A stretch of 64,000 nt of DNA from Octopus vulgaris (Eukaryota): NCBI GenBank assembly GCA_951406725.2, contig OX597824.1, forward strand, positions 54,002,001 through 54,066,000. Direction: 5' to 3'. The notes below the pieces were generated by a model, which saw nothing but the letters and a program-made list of their open reading frames with translations, did no database searches and was not told where the DNA came from. The position numbers and the translations under genes are program-made. Each line of letters opens with the position of its first letter. Positions within the stretch are counted from its first letter, which is position 1. This document shows, in pieces, positions 1 to 25,312 of this stretch.

Positions 1-7380
<7,380 letters not shown>

Positions 7381-7392
7381 TATATCTATATC

Positions 7393-12172
<4,780 letters not shown>

Positions 12173-12181
12173 TATAGAAGG

Positions 12182-12232
12182 AGCTTCTACAGGACTAGAA
12201 CTGTTTCATTCAAGAGAAATCTTCAGGAAGCT
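12182..12232 (-). ncRNA. Type I hammerhead ribozyme (in inverted pLTR)
   Basis: Minus strand AGCTTC-CTGAAGA-T.TTC(TCTT)GAA.T-GAAACAG(TTCTAGTC)CTGTA^GAAGCT: intact core, 6-bp stem I, 4-bp stem III, GUA cleavage triplet. Confidence 0.85.
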
Positions 12233-12946
12233 AGTTAACAAGAATTGTATTGGCATTTATACATTTAGGCAGGTTTAAAGGGGTGTTGGTGGGGGACTTT
12301 TTGGGGGTAGGCATAGCGCAAAATATCATACTTGGGGGAGTGGTCAAGGAGTCAGTGTTAAATTAGATAGAAGAATAAATAAAAAAATAAAATAATAAAA
12401 TAAAAAAATAAAAAAATTAAAAAAATTAAAAAAAAAAAAAAATCTATATATAAAAAAAGGGGAATAGGGTTTTAGGTAAATAAGGAGATTCTCACTTATA
12501 CCTATGCACACATGTATACATACATACACACACATACAAACATATATACATATACATACACACACATATATATACATATATATACACTTACACATACATA
12601 TACATATCTACACATACACATATATGTATACATACACACACTCACATGCATACACGTATACACACATGTATATATACACACACGACCACACATACATATA
12701 CGCACAGAAAAATATATATATACACATACACACACATACTCACATACACGCATACACACACATATCCACACACACACATGCACACACAGCACACTAGTCC
12801 CTATATACACATACACACACATATACACACACACACATACATATACATACATGTATATATATATATACATATATATACATATGTGTACCTATGCATACCT
12901 ACACACACACACATATATATACACATACAAATACAGACCCATTCCC

Positions 12947-14069
12947 TAGGCCTCTCCGGTGGTCTTTACCGCGATGACGGCCTTTTCGCCCTCCACAAAA
13001 TAAACCCCAGGACCACGGATGGGTTCCGGAAAAATCTTTACACCTTCTTTAAAAACTTAGGCCTTAGGATTACCTTAGAATCCAACTTAACTAAAGCTAA
13101 CTTCCTTGATGTCACCCTCGACTTAAAAACCTCACTTTATTACCCGTACCACAAACCGAATGAATCCCTTAAATATATAGATATTAATTCCAACCACCCC
13201 AAAAATATATTAGATAACCTAGTAAAAAGTGTCTCAATTAGAATTTCTAGCCTGTCCGCCACGGAAGATATCTTTAAGGCCGCAGCCCCCTATTACAACG
13301 AGGCCCTGGCCCGCAGTGGCTTCAAAGATAAGATTACCTATACTAGTATAGCCCCACGCCAACCCAGGAAAAATAGACGAAGACACATTAGCTGGTACAA
13401 CCCCCCTTCAACCGTGAGGTCGCTACACCTGTAGCTAAAATCTTCTTCACTCTCCTACAGAAACACTTCCCCACCCAACATAAGTACTACACTATCCTAA
13501 ATAAAAACACTATTAGACTCTCCTACTCTACCACGCCCAATCTAGCCAGGAACCTAGCCAACAACAATGTGAAAAAACTTAACATATCTACTTTTTCCGA
13601 GGCCCATCCAACGTCCGATAGCAATTGCAACTGCCCTGATAAAACCACCTGCCCCCTCAACAACAACTGCCTACAGAGGGACCTAGTATATACATGCGAG
13701 GTAAGATCAGGCCCTGACGATAAAAGAAAATCCTACATAGGAATGACGTCAAACAGCTTTAAGACTCGTTGGTACGCACACACACACTCGTTCCGGCGAC
13801 AGGATAAATCCAACCAAACTACCCTCGCCGCCCACATCTGGTACCTTAAAAGGAACTCCATCCCCTTCAAGACCAAGTGGAAACTACTACAGAAGGCGCG
13901 CTCGTACACAGGAGGCCATACCTCCTGTGACCTCTGCATATCGGAGAGCCTAGAGATCTTGTTCGCCAAAGGCCCTCTCCTTAACAAAATCTCAGAACAC
14001 TCCCCAAATTGTATGCATAAGAAGTATGCGAACTACAAGAACTATAGACCTACCCGGCAACCAGATTGA
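12947..14069 (+). pseudogene. PLE RT C-terminal half + Cys linker + GIY-YIG endonuclease (5'-truncated, one frameshift)
   Basis: GLYRDDG, NFLDVTLDL, YHKPN, SNHP, WYNPP; CNCPDKTTCPLNNNCL, LVY...YIGMT...FKTRW..H, CDLC, LLNK.SE, CMH. Frameshift in the C-run near 13401. Confidence 0.9.
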
Positions 14070-14139
14070 TGACACCCCACCCATAAACCCCCCCCAATCC
14101 CACCGTTCCCCTAGCACCCCCGATTACCTTTTCTCCTAA

Positions 14140-14742
14140 GACCTTTCACATATTGTATGTGCACGCTTGTATATGTGTATCGTATATATGTATAGAAATG
14201 TATGGGTATAGTAGGATTATACGCATGTATTATGTGTGTGTGTGCGTGTATGTATGTAAAAATATATATATATATATATGTATGTGCGTGTGTGTGTGTG
14301 TGTATATATGTATAGATGTATGTATGTATATATGTATGTATGTGTGTATGCATATGTATGTGTATGTGTGTATGTATGTGTATGTATGTATAAAATATTA
14401 TATAATTAGGGCTTAGTAAAATAAATTACTTTGCCACATACTGAACTTTCTAGAAATAGCAGCCAATAAAGTTTTTTAGCCTCTTCCACTACTTAGAGAA
14501 TATTTTCCCTCAGACATTGTTTACTCATAAAAATAATGGTCCTTTTACATACTGAATACTTGGTGAAATTGATTAATAACTAATTAACTTTACCCTCAAT
14601 TGTTGATATACGTATGTGTGTGTATATATATGTGTGCGTATGTGTATGTGTACATGTATGTATATGTGTATGTATGTATGTATGTATGTATATGTATATA
14701 TATATGTATGTATATGTATATATACATGTATATATATATGTA

Positions 14743-14804
<62 letters not shown>

Positions 14805-15056
14805 TGTATGTGTGTGTATATGTGTATTATATATGTATAGGTTTATATATATGTATATGTATGTGTATATGTATGTGTGTGTGTATATGTATATATGTGT
14901 ATATATATGAGTGTACGCGAGTATGTCGATGTATATGTAGGTATGTAGAGTTATGTGTATGTGCAGGTATGTGAGTGTAGATACAAATTGTAGATGTGTA
15001 TATATATGTATGTGTATATATACATGTATATAGGTATATGTATGTGTGTGTATATG

Positions 15057-15090
<34 letters not shown>

Positions 15091-15186
15091 TATGTATATG
15101 CGAGTATGTAGAGATATAAGTATGTGCATGTGTATATATATGTGTGTATATATATGTATGGGTATGTGTATGTGTATGTATATATG

Positions 15187-15245
<59 letters not shown>

Positions 15246-15666
15246 ATGTATGCATATACGTATGTATGTATGTATGTACATGTGTATGTATATATGTGTG
15301 TAAGTGTGTGTATATATGTAAATGTAAGTGTGTGTGCTTGTATGAGAATGTATGTATGTTTGCACACATGTATATATATGTGTGTGTATGTGTATGTGTA
15401 TATATATATGTATATATATATATGTATATATATATATGTATATATATGTATATATATGTATGTATATATGTGTGTATGTATATATATGTGTATGTGTGTG
15501 TGTGTGTATACATGTGTGTATGTGTATGTATGTATGTATATATATGCGTGTGTATGTGTATGTGTATGTGTACATATACGCGTACGCTCGTGTGTTTATG
15601 TATATGTAGGTACGTAGAGTTATCTATGTGTGTATTTATATGTACATGTGTGTAAGTATGTATATG

Positions 15667-15747
<81 letters not shown>

Positions 15748-15785
15748 GTGTATGTATGTGTGTATGTGTATATGTGTGTGTATAT

Positions 15786-15859
<74 letters not shown>

Positions 15860-16264
15860 GTGTGTAAGTTTATATGTATGTATCCGTCTATATAATAGGT
15901 AACTGCACGTACATATACTTAATATTTATTATTTATCTTTTGAGTATGCATGTATGAATAACTGCGCGTATATATATTTTACTATTTACTTATTTTTGAG
16001 TATGCATGTAAGTATGAATATAAGGAGGCGCGTGTGCGTGTGTGTATGTGTAAGCATAGATATATGTATACTTCTACGCATGGGTGTACTTATGTGTATA
16101 TATGGATGCGTGCGCGTGTGTGTGTGTGTGTATGGGTACGCATGTACATGTGTATGTGCGTGTATGAGTATATGAGTATGTATGTATGTGTGTGCGTATA
16201 TTTGTATATGTATGTATGTATATGTGTGTGTATGAATATGTGTGTATGTATGTATGTGTATGTA

Positions 16265-16313
<49 letters not shown>

Positions 16314-16500
16314 GTATATATATGTATGTATGTGGGTGTGTGTATGTGTATAAATGTATGTATGTATGGATGTATGTATGTATGTATACGTATGTATGTG
16401 TATGTATGTGTATGTGTGTATATATATGTATATGTGTGTGTATGTGTATGTGTGTGTATGTGTGTATGTATATGTATGCGTATATATAAAAATATATATA
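14140..16500 (+). repeat. Cryptic (TG/TA/TATG)n region forming the 3' UTR of PLE copy 1, with a ~210 bp unrelated insert at ~14395-14610
   Basis: Unique anchors (gagtgtacgcgagtatgtcgatg, gtatccgtctatataataggtaactgcacg, taaggaggcgcgtg) recur in the same order in 19760-21850. Confidence 0.85.
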
Positions 16501-16565
16501 TATATATATATATATGAAAAAACAAGTAAAAAATAGAAAATGCTAAAATAATTTTATAGTGAACA

Positions 16566-16609
16566 TTTCAGTACCGGTTTCGGTCATTTTGAGACCTTTT
16601 CAACTGTAA
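16566..16609 (-). ncRNA. Minimal type I hammerhead ribozyme, U3-A8 core variant
   Basis: Minus strand CAG-TTGAAAA-GGTC(TCAAAAT)GACC-GAAAC(CG)GTA^CTG; palindromic ACCGGT in stem III. Confidence 0.7.
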
Positions 16610-16957
16610 GGATTAAATAATTAAATTTAGAAAAATTAGAAGAAAAGTTTTTTTAAAACAATATTTCTATAGTAGTGTTCAGATTTAAGTGGCATTCTGC
16701 CTTTCTCTGACTCCCTTGTTTGCACTTGTGTGTTGGAGGTAGTTGTGAGTTCTTGGTAGGGTAGTAGAGGGAAGGCTGGTGAGGAAAGGGGGGTGGGAGA
16801 ATCTGGGAGTGCCCTGATGGTCGTATTTTGAATGGTCAGTGGCGGCTGGCAGTCTCAGTTCAATTCAGGAGAATATTTATATCGACAGGCTTGTTTATAG
16901 AATTAGCGTAGGTGTTATACTAAAAAACATTAGTGACAAACTTAAGGGGTAGGGGGT

Positions 16958-17170
16958 GGAAGAAGAAGAAGAAGAAGGAGAAGGAGAAGGAGAAGATGAT
17001 GGTGATGGTGGTGATGATTATGACGACGATGATGATGATAACGATGATGATGAAGAAGAAGAAGAAGAAGAAGAAGGAGGAGAAGGAGAAGATGGTGGTG
17101 ATGATGGTGGCGATGATGATGACGCCGATGATGATGATAACGATGATGATGAAGAAGAAGAAGAAGAAAA
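16958..17170. repeat. (GAA/GGA)n-(GAT/GGT)n compound trinucleotide repeat, duplicated unit
   Basis: Direct reading; two similar ~95 bp blocks. Confidence 0.9.
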
Positions 17171-17434
17171 AAACAGAGAAGGGAGAATATGAATGGGTGT
17201 AAATATAGCTATGAAGGGGCTGATTAGTAATGGATTCTATGGAGTGTAGTATTTGTGTGTGTTTTTTTATTTTTTTATTTTTTTATTTATTCTTCTATCT
17301 AATTTAACACTGACTCCTTGACCACTCCCCCAAGTATGATATTTTGCGCTATGCCTACCCCCAAAAAGTCCCCCACCAACACCCCTTTAAATCCCTGCCT
17401 AAATGTATAAATGCCAATACAATTCTTGTTAACT

Positions 17435-17486
17435 AGCTTTCCTGAAGATTTCTCTTGAATGAAACAGTTCTAGTCCTGTAGAAGCT
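17435..17486 (+). ncRNA. Type I hammerhead ribozyme (pLTR upstream of PLE copy 2 ORF)
   Basis: AGCT(T)TC-CTGAAGA-TTTCTCTTGAAT-GAAACAG(TTCTAGTC)CTGTA^GAAGCT; predicted cut after 17480; one extra T in stem I. Confidence 0.82.
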
Positions 17487-17553
17487 CCTTCTTATATATA
17501 TTTTTTTCTATGTATATATATTTTTTTCTGTATATACCCATCACCAAGAAAAA

Positions 17554-19669
17554 ATGCTGACAAGAATCGACCCCGGACAACTTCCCTGAAGGACATTACT
17601 TTACCAAAAAGCCCTCATTAGACGGACTGATGAGTTCATCAAAAGAATTCGATGGAGATTGTTCTTCTTCGACCATCCTGATGTAGCATCTACCAATAAT
17701 GATAAGTACGGCTTCAAATCAAATAAGGCCCCTCCTACCAATAGCCTACTTGAACCGTTTGAAGGCACCCTTCATGATAAAAAACATCAAATTCAGAGAG
17801 TCAACCTACCTTTCCAAACGGAACTGAACGAGAAGCTTTCGAAAATGAAAAGCCCCAGAACCTCCATGTCCCTTTGGACAAGACAAAAAATATTTATGCG
17901 GTGACTCCGGATACCTACAACAGACTAGCCGATAATGCCATCACAGCTAAGTACAAGAAAGTAGACGACGCAGCGCTAAGTGAAACCAACTTAGCCGGGA
18001 AAGAGATTGCCACCTCCCTTAAAATCGATGACCGAACCGAAACCCTGAGGGTGAAGTCCCCACACTTCACCCTGAAAGACCACAAAGACCATTTCGAAAA
18101 TAAACCGCCGGTCCGTTTGATTAACCCAACCAAGTCTGACATCGGATCCGTCAGCAAGAAGATCCTGGACAGGATTTTACCAAAATGCGTGAAGCTTCAC
18201 CCTTCCACTCTGGAATAGGACCTCCGAGGCAATAACCTGGTTCCGGATTTTACCTTTTTGACAAAAGCAACACCCGATTCCTACAACTGGATATCGAAAA
18301 TTACTACGCCTCCATATCGGAGAGCTTGCTGATCGACGCGATTAACTTCGCCAGGAGGTCCTCCACCATCACCGAGGCCGAGCAAGATGTGGATCCTCCA
18401 CACACGTAAGACTTTTCTATTCTATGACGGATCCCACTGGATCAACAAAAAATCTGTGACCCCCTTCGACGTCAGCATGGGTGCTAACGACTCTGCTGAA
18501 ATAAGTGACCTAGTGGGCCTTTTCATCCTCCATAGGCTGAAAACCCTATTCACAGGCCTCCGGTGGTCTTTACCGCGATGACGGCCTTTTCGCCCTCCAC
18601 AAAATAAACCCCAGGACCACGGATGGGTTCCGGAAAAATCTTTACACCTTCTTTAAAAACTTAGGCCTTAGGATTACCTTAGAATCCAACTTAACAAAAG
18701 TTAACTTCCTTGATGTCACCCTCGACTTAAAAACCTCACTTTATTACCCGTACCACAAACCGAATGAATCCCTTAGATATATAGATATTAATTCCAACCA
18801 CCCCAAAAATATATTAGATAACCTAGTAAAAAGTGTCTCAATTAGAATTTCTAGACTGTCTGCTGAAGATATCTTTAAGGCCGCAGCCCCCTATTACAAC
18901 GAGGCCCTGGCCCGCAGTGGCTTTAAAGATAAGATTACCTATACTAGTATAGCCCCACGCCAACCCAGGAAAAATAGACGAAGACACATTAGCTGGTACA
19001 ACCCCCTTCAACCGTGAGGTCGCTACACCTGTAGCTAAAATCTTCTTCACTCTCCTACAGAAACACCTCCCCACCCAACATAAGTACTACACTATCCTAA
19101 ATAAGAACACTATTAGACTCTCCTACTCTACCACGCTCCAATCTAGCCAGGAACCTAGCCAACAACAATGTGAAAAAACTTAACATATCTACTTTTTCCG
19201 AGGCCCATCCAATGTCCGATAGCAATTGCAACTGCCCTGATAAAACCACCTGCCCCCTCAACAACAACTGCCTACAGAGGGACCTAGTATATACATGCGA
19301 GGTAAGATCAGGCCCTGACGATAAAAGAAAATCCTACCGGAATGACGTCAAACAGCTTTAAGACCCGTTGGTACGCACACACACACTCGTTCCGGCGACA
19401 GGATAAATCCAACCAAACTACCTCGTCGCCCACATCTGGTACCTTAAAAGGAATTCCATCCCCTTCAAGACCAAGTGGAAACTACTAGAGAAGGCGCGCT
19501 CGTACACAGGAGGCCATACCTGCTGTGACCTTCGCATATCGTGGAGAGCCTAGAGATCTTGTTCGCCAAAGGCCCTCTCCTTAACAAAATCTCAGAACAC
19601 TCCCCAAATTGCATGCATAAGAAGTATGCGAACTACAAGAACTATAGACCTACCCGGCAACCAGATTGA
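17554..19669 (+). pseudogene. PLE polyprotein (RT + C-terminal GIY-YIG endonuclease), ~700 codons, multiple frameshifts
   Basis: EFIKRIRWRLFFF, YGFKS, DKTKNIY, TLKDHKDHF, RLINPTKSDIG, FLQLDIENYYASI, FDVSMGANDSAEISDLVG, YRDDG, CNC-x5-CPL-x3-C, YIG-like, C-x2-C, CMH. Confidence 0.88.
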
Positions 19670-20063
19670 TGACACCCCACCCACAAAACCCCCCCCAATC
19701 CCACCGTTCCCCTAGCACCCCCGATTACCTTTTCTCCTAAGACCTTTCACATATTGTATGTGCACGCTTGTATATGTGTGTATTGTATATATGTATAGAA
19801 ATGTATGGGTATAGTAGGAATATACGCATGTATTATGTGTGTGTGTGTGTGTGTATGTGTAAAAAAAAAAAAATATATATATATATGTGCGTGTGTGTGT
19901 GTGTGTGTGTATATATGTATATATGTATATATGTATATATGTATATATGTGTGTATGCATATGTATATATATGTATATGTGTATGTGTATATGTACATGT
20001 ATGTATATGTGTATGTATGTATGTATGTATGTATATATATATACATATACATACATATATATA

Positions 20064-20100
<37 letters not shown>

Positions 20101-20489
20101 TTATATATGTATATGTATATATATACATATATGTATGTGTGTGTATATGTGTATTATATATGTATATATTTATGTATATGTATATGTATGTGTGTGTGTA
20201 TATGTATATATGTGTATAAATATGAGTGTACGCGAGTATGTCGATGTATATGTAGGTATGTAGAGTTATGTGTATGTGCAGGTATGTGAGTGTAGATACA
20301 AATTGTAGATGTGTATATATATGTATGTGTATATATACATGTATATAGGTGTATGTATGTGTGTGTGTGTATGTGTATATATATATATATATATATACAT
20401 ATATGTATATGCGAGTATGTAGAGATATAAGTATGTGCATGTGTATATATGTGTGTATATATATGTATGGGTATGTGTATGTGTATGTA

Positions 20490-20554
<65 letters not shown>

Positions 20555-20735
20555 ATGCATATACGTATGTATGTATGTATGTACATGTGTATGTATATAT
20601 GTGTGTAAGTGTGTGTATATATGTAAATGTAAGTGTGTGTGCTTGTATGAGAATGTATGTATGTTTGCACACATGTATATATGTGTGTGTATGTGTATAT
20701 GTATGTATATATATATGTATATATATATATATGTG

Positions 20736-20766
<31 letters not shown>

Positions 20767-20953
20767 CTGTATGTGTATATATATGTGTATGTGTGTGTGT
20801 GTGTATACATGTGTGTATGTGTATGTATGTATGTATATATATGCGTGTGTATGTGTATGTGTATATGTACATATACGCGTACGCTCGTGTGTTTATGTAT
20901 ATGTAGGTACGTAGAGTTATCTATGTGTGTATTTATATGTACATGTGTGTAAG

Positions 20954-20996
<43 letters not shown>

Positions 20997-21149
20997 ATGT
21001 GTGTGTGTGTATATGTATATGTATGTATATGTGTATGTGTATATATGTGTGTATGTATGTAAGTATGTGTATATATATGTGTATATATATATATATATAT
21101 GTGTATGTATATATATATATATATGTGTGTGTGTATATATATATATATA

Positions 21150-21198
<49 letters not shown>

Positions 21199-21590
21199 AT
21201 GTGTGTAAGTTTATTTGTATGTATCCGTCTATATAATAGGTAACTGCACGTACATATACTTAATATTTATTATTTATTTTTTGAGTATGCATGTATGAAT
21301 AACTGCGCGTATATATATTTTACTATTTACTTATATTTTGAGTATGCATGTAAGTATGAATATAAGGAGGCGCGTGTGTGTGTGTGTATGTGTAAGCATA
21401 GATATATGTATACTTTTATGCATGGGTGTACTTATGTGTATATATGGATGCGCGCGTGTGTGTGTGTGTGTATGGGTACGCATGTACATGTGTATGTGCG
21501 TGTATGAGTATATGAGTATGTATGTATGTGTGTGCGTATATTTGTATATGTATGTATGTTTATGTATGTGTGTGTATGAATATATATGTG

Positions 21591-21623
<33 letters not shown>

Positions 21624-22978
21624 GTGGAAATATATATGCGCGTATATATATGTATGTATGTGGGTGTGTGTATGTGTATAAATGTATGTATGTATGGATG
21701 TATGTATGTATGTATACGTATGTATGTGTATGTGTGTATATGTATGTATGTGTATGTGTGTATATATATGTATAGGTGTGTGTATGCGTATGTGTGTGTA
21801 TATGTATGTGTATATATATGCGTATATATATGTGAATATATATATGTGTGTGTATGTATATATATATATACAAGTATGTATTTGTATGTAGGTGTATATG
21901 TATGTGTGTGTATTTATATTTATTGGTGTATATATATAGACTAGCCTTCTAAGAGTGTAGACATGAATCTGTAGGTACGCGTACGTATGTGTATATACGT
22001 GAATGTATGTAGATGTATGTATGTATGAATATAACGCGTACGTGCGTGTATGTGTATGAGTGTACGAATGAGTGAGTGTACGTGCTAAAGAGTGTGCGTG
22101 AGTGAATGAGTGCTTGTTTTCCAGTAGACAGATAAATGGACTGGCTGTCATAGCCAAGATGTTTGTGACCAAGCAGCCAAAGATAACAAAAGTAATAAAC
22201 GAAGATAATAAAATTAAAATTAGGGAATGGGTCTGTATTTGTATGTGTATATATATGTGTGTGTGTGTAGGTATGCATAGGTACACATATGTATATATAT
22301 GTATATATATATATATATACATGTATGTATATGTATGTGTGTGTGTGTATATGTGTGTGTATGTGTATATATGTGTATATAGGGACTAGTGTGCTGTGTG
22401 TGCATGTGTGTGTGTGGATATGTGCGTGTATGCGTGTATGTGAGTATGTGTGTGTATGTGTATATATATTTTTCTGTGCGTATATGTATGTGTGGTCGTG
22501 TGTGTATATATACATGTGTGTATACGTGTATGCATGTGAGTGTGTGTATGTATACATATATTTGTATGTGTAGATATGTATATGTATGTGTAAGTGTATA
22601 TATATGTATATATATGTGTGTGTATATGTATGTATATGTATATATATGTGTGTGTATGTATGTGTGTATGTATATGTATATATGTTTGTATGTGTGTGTA
22701 TGTATGTATACATGTGTGCATAGGTATAAGTGACAATCTCCTTATTTACCTAAAACTCTATTCCCCTTTTTTTATATATAGATTTTTTTCTTTTCTTATT
22801 TTATTTTTTTATTTTATTTTTTATTTTTTTATTTATTCTTCTATCTATTTTAACACTGACTCCTTGACCACTCCCCCGAGTATGATATTTTGCGCTATGC
22901 CTACCTCCAAAAAGTCCCCCACCAACACCCCTTTAAACCTGCCTAAATGTATAAATGCCAATGCAATTCTTGTTAACT

Positions 22979-23029
22979 AGCTTCCTGAAGATTTCTCTTG
23001 AATGAAACAGTTCTTGTCCTGTAGAAGCT
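22979..23029 (+). ncRNA. Type I hammerhead ribozyme (3' pLTR of PLE copy 2)
   Basis: AGCTTC-CTGAAGA-TTTCTCTTGAAT-GAAACAG(TTCTTGTC)CTGTA^GAAGCT; predicted cut after 23023; differs from the 12182 copy only in loop III. Confidence 0.85.
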
Positions 23030-23112
23030 CCTTCTATATAATAAATTAATTTTACTCTGCTATGTATTGAGTACCTTATTTACTGTGGTTAACCCCGATT
23101 CAACCCGGGACC

Positions 23113-23294
<182 letters not shown>

Positions 23295-23669
23295 CATTAA
23301 TATATATATAAATTATATATATATATATATATAAATACATTATATATATATATATATATATATAAATACATTAATATATATATATATATATATAAATACA
23401 TTAATATATATATATATAAATAAATACATTAATATATATATATATATATAAATACATTAATATACATATATATATAAATATAAATACATTAATATATATA
23501 TATATATATAAATACATTAATATATATATATATATATAAATACATTAATATATATATATATATATAAATACATTAATATATATATATATATAAATACATT
23601 AATATATATATATATATATATAAATACATTAATATATATATATATATATATAAATACATTAATATATAT

Positions 23670-23736
<67 letters not shown>

Positions 23737-23983
23737 CATTATATATATATATATATATATATATAAATTAATAAATATATATATATATATAAATACATTA
23801 ATATATATATATATATATATAAATTATAAATATATATATATATATAAATACATTAATATATATATATATATATATAAATTAATAAATATATATATATATA
23901 TAAATACATTAATATATATATATATATATATAAATACATATATATATATATATATATATATAAATACATTAATATATAAATTA

Positions 23984-24018
<35 letters not shown>

Positions 24019-24136
24019 CATTAATATATATATATATATAAATACATTCATATATATATATATATATAAATACATTCATATATATATATATAAATACATT
24101 CATATATATATATATATATAAATACATTAATATATA

Positions 24137-24540
24137 TCTCTTATTATAAAAGGCAGATATTATCTGCCTCCCTTTGGGCGTTATACAAATCTACAATATA
24201 GGATTTCTTCAATTACAATTTACCTGGCATTTTTGAGAGTACAATGCATCGCGTCATGCCAGGTCCAGTTTTTAAAATTTAAACTCCAATTAAGCAAAAT
24301 TTACAGAAAACTCACATTCTGGTGTGTGTGTCAAATGCTTTTCTTAGTCTGGTTTACACCACACGCAAACGCACACACACAGTGGGCAACGAATAAAATG
24401 AAAGTAAATAGCGACAGAGTGATTTGAGGAAGACTAAAGTGAAAGTATTCTGTCTATGACGCTGATAGATATATGAGTAAAATGTATGGGAAGCTAAGAG
24501 CTAAGAGTGAGTGAAAATGTTCTTGGAAGAGAGTAATTAG
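24137..24540 (+). mobile_element. Interspersed repeat with Helitron-like 5' end (second copy 26050-~26400)
   Basis: Both copies start TCTCTTATTATAAAAGGCAGAT..ATCTGCCT and are nearly identical for ~265 bp; no clear CTAG 3' end. Confidence 0.55.
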
Positions 24541-24579
24541 TAATAAAGTAAACATACACTCATACATACATACATACAT

Positions 24580-24610
<31 letters not shown>

Positions 24611-24934
24611 TACACACACACATACATACACACACACATACATACATACACACATACATACATACATATACATACATACATACATATACATACATACATA
24701 CATATACATACATACATACACACACACACATACACACACACACAGTATTGAAGCTTGAGAACAATCAGATACATTTGCAACACATCTGTTGAAAATATTA
24801 TTGTTCACACACATACATATACATATATACATACAGACAGACAGACAGATAGACACACACACACACACACACACATGATCCAGCATGGCCACAACCTCAA
24901 GGCTGAAACATATAAAAGAATAACAGAATATAAA

Positions 24935-25285
24935 TGTGTGCAAAGTACAAGAAATATTAATGCAGTATATGGGGATTGGACAATAAGCGTAAGGCAGTGT
25001 CAATGGTGGTTCCAGAAATCCCGAGCCATAAACTACAGCCTAGAAGACGAGCCTCATCCGGAAAGATCTGTAGAACTCGACAAGGACATCCTGAAAACCC
25101 TGGTGGAACAAAATATCATCGTAACTGTTGAGGAACTAGCAGAGAAGCTTGGATTTGGTCATTCAACCATTCATTGACACCTGTGTGCTATCGGAAAAGT
25201 CAGCAAATTGGGTCAATGGGTTCCTCATGAACTTTCCGAGTCTAATTGCATGCAGAGAGTGAATGTATGCTTTTCTTTGCTGTCA
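24935..25285 (+). mobile_element. mariner transposase fragment (N-terminal HTH to WVPHEL)
   Basis: NINAVYGD..ISVRQCQWWF...SLEDEP...TVEELAEKLG..HSTIH*HL..IGKVSKLGQWVPHEL. Confidence 0.85.
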
Positions 25286-25312
25286 TATCTCACCACTACT
25301 GCGCTATGTATA

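Larger units (their letters stand above)
12166..17495 (+). mobile_element. Penelope-like element copy 1: inverted 5' pseudo-LTR (12166-12946), 5'-truncated ORF, microsatellite-rich 3' region, 3' pLTR end (~17270-17495)
   Basis: 12166-12946 is the reverse complement of 22221-23045; the ORF resumes at GLYRDDG; the 3' region parallels 19670-21850. Confidence 0.85.

Noticed and set aside
12646-13434. 262-aa ORF as a novel His/Thr-rich RT fusion protein
   Set aside because: Its N-terminus is the inverted microsatellite pLTR read through by chance into the truncated PLE RT.
13620-14020. Selenocysteine recoding, reported for some Naiad PLEs
   Set aside because: All conserved Cys codons in the linker and GIY-YIG domain are TGC/TGT in both copies; no in-frame TGA at those sites.
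16933-17202. Poly-E/D and poly-K/M ORFs
   Set aside because: GAA/GAT trinucleotide repeat without splice signals or protein context.
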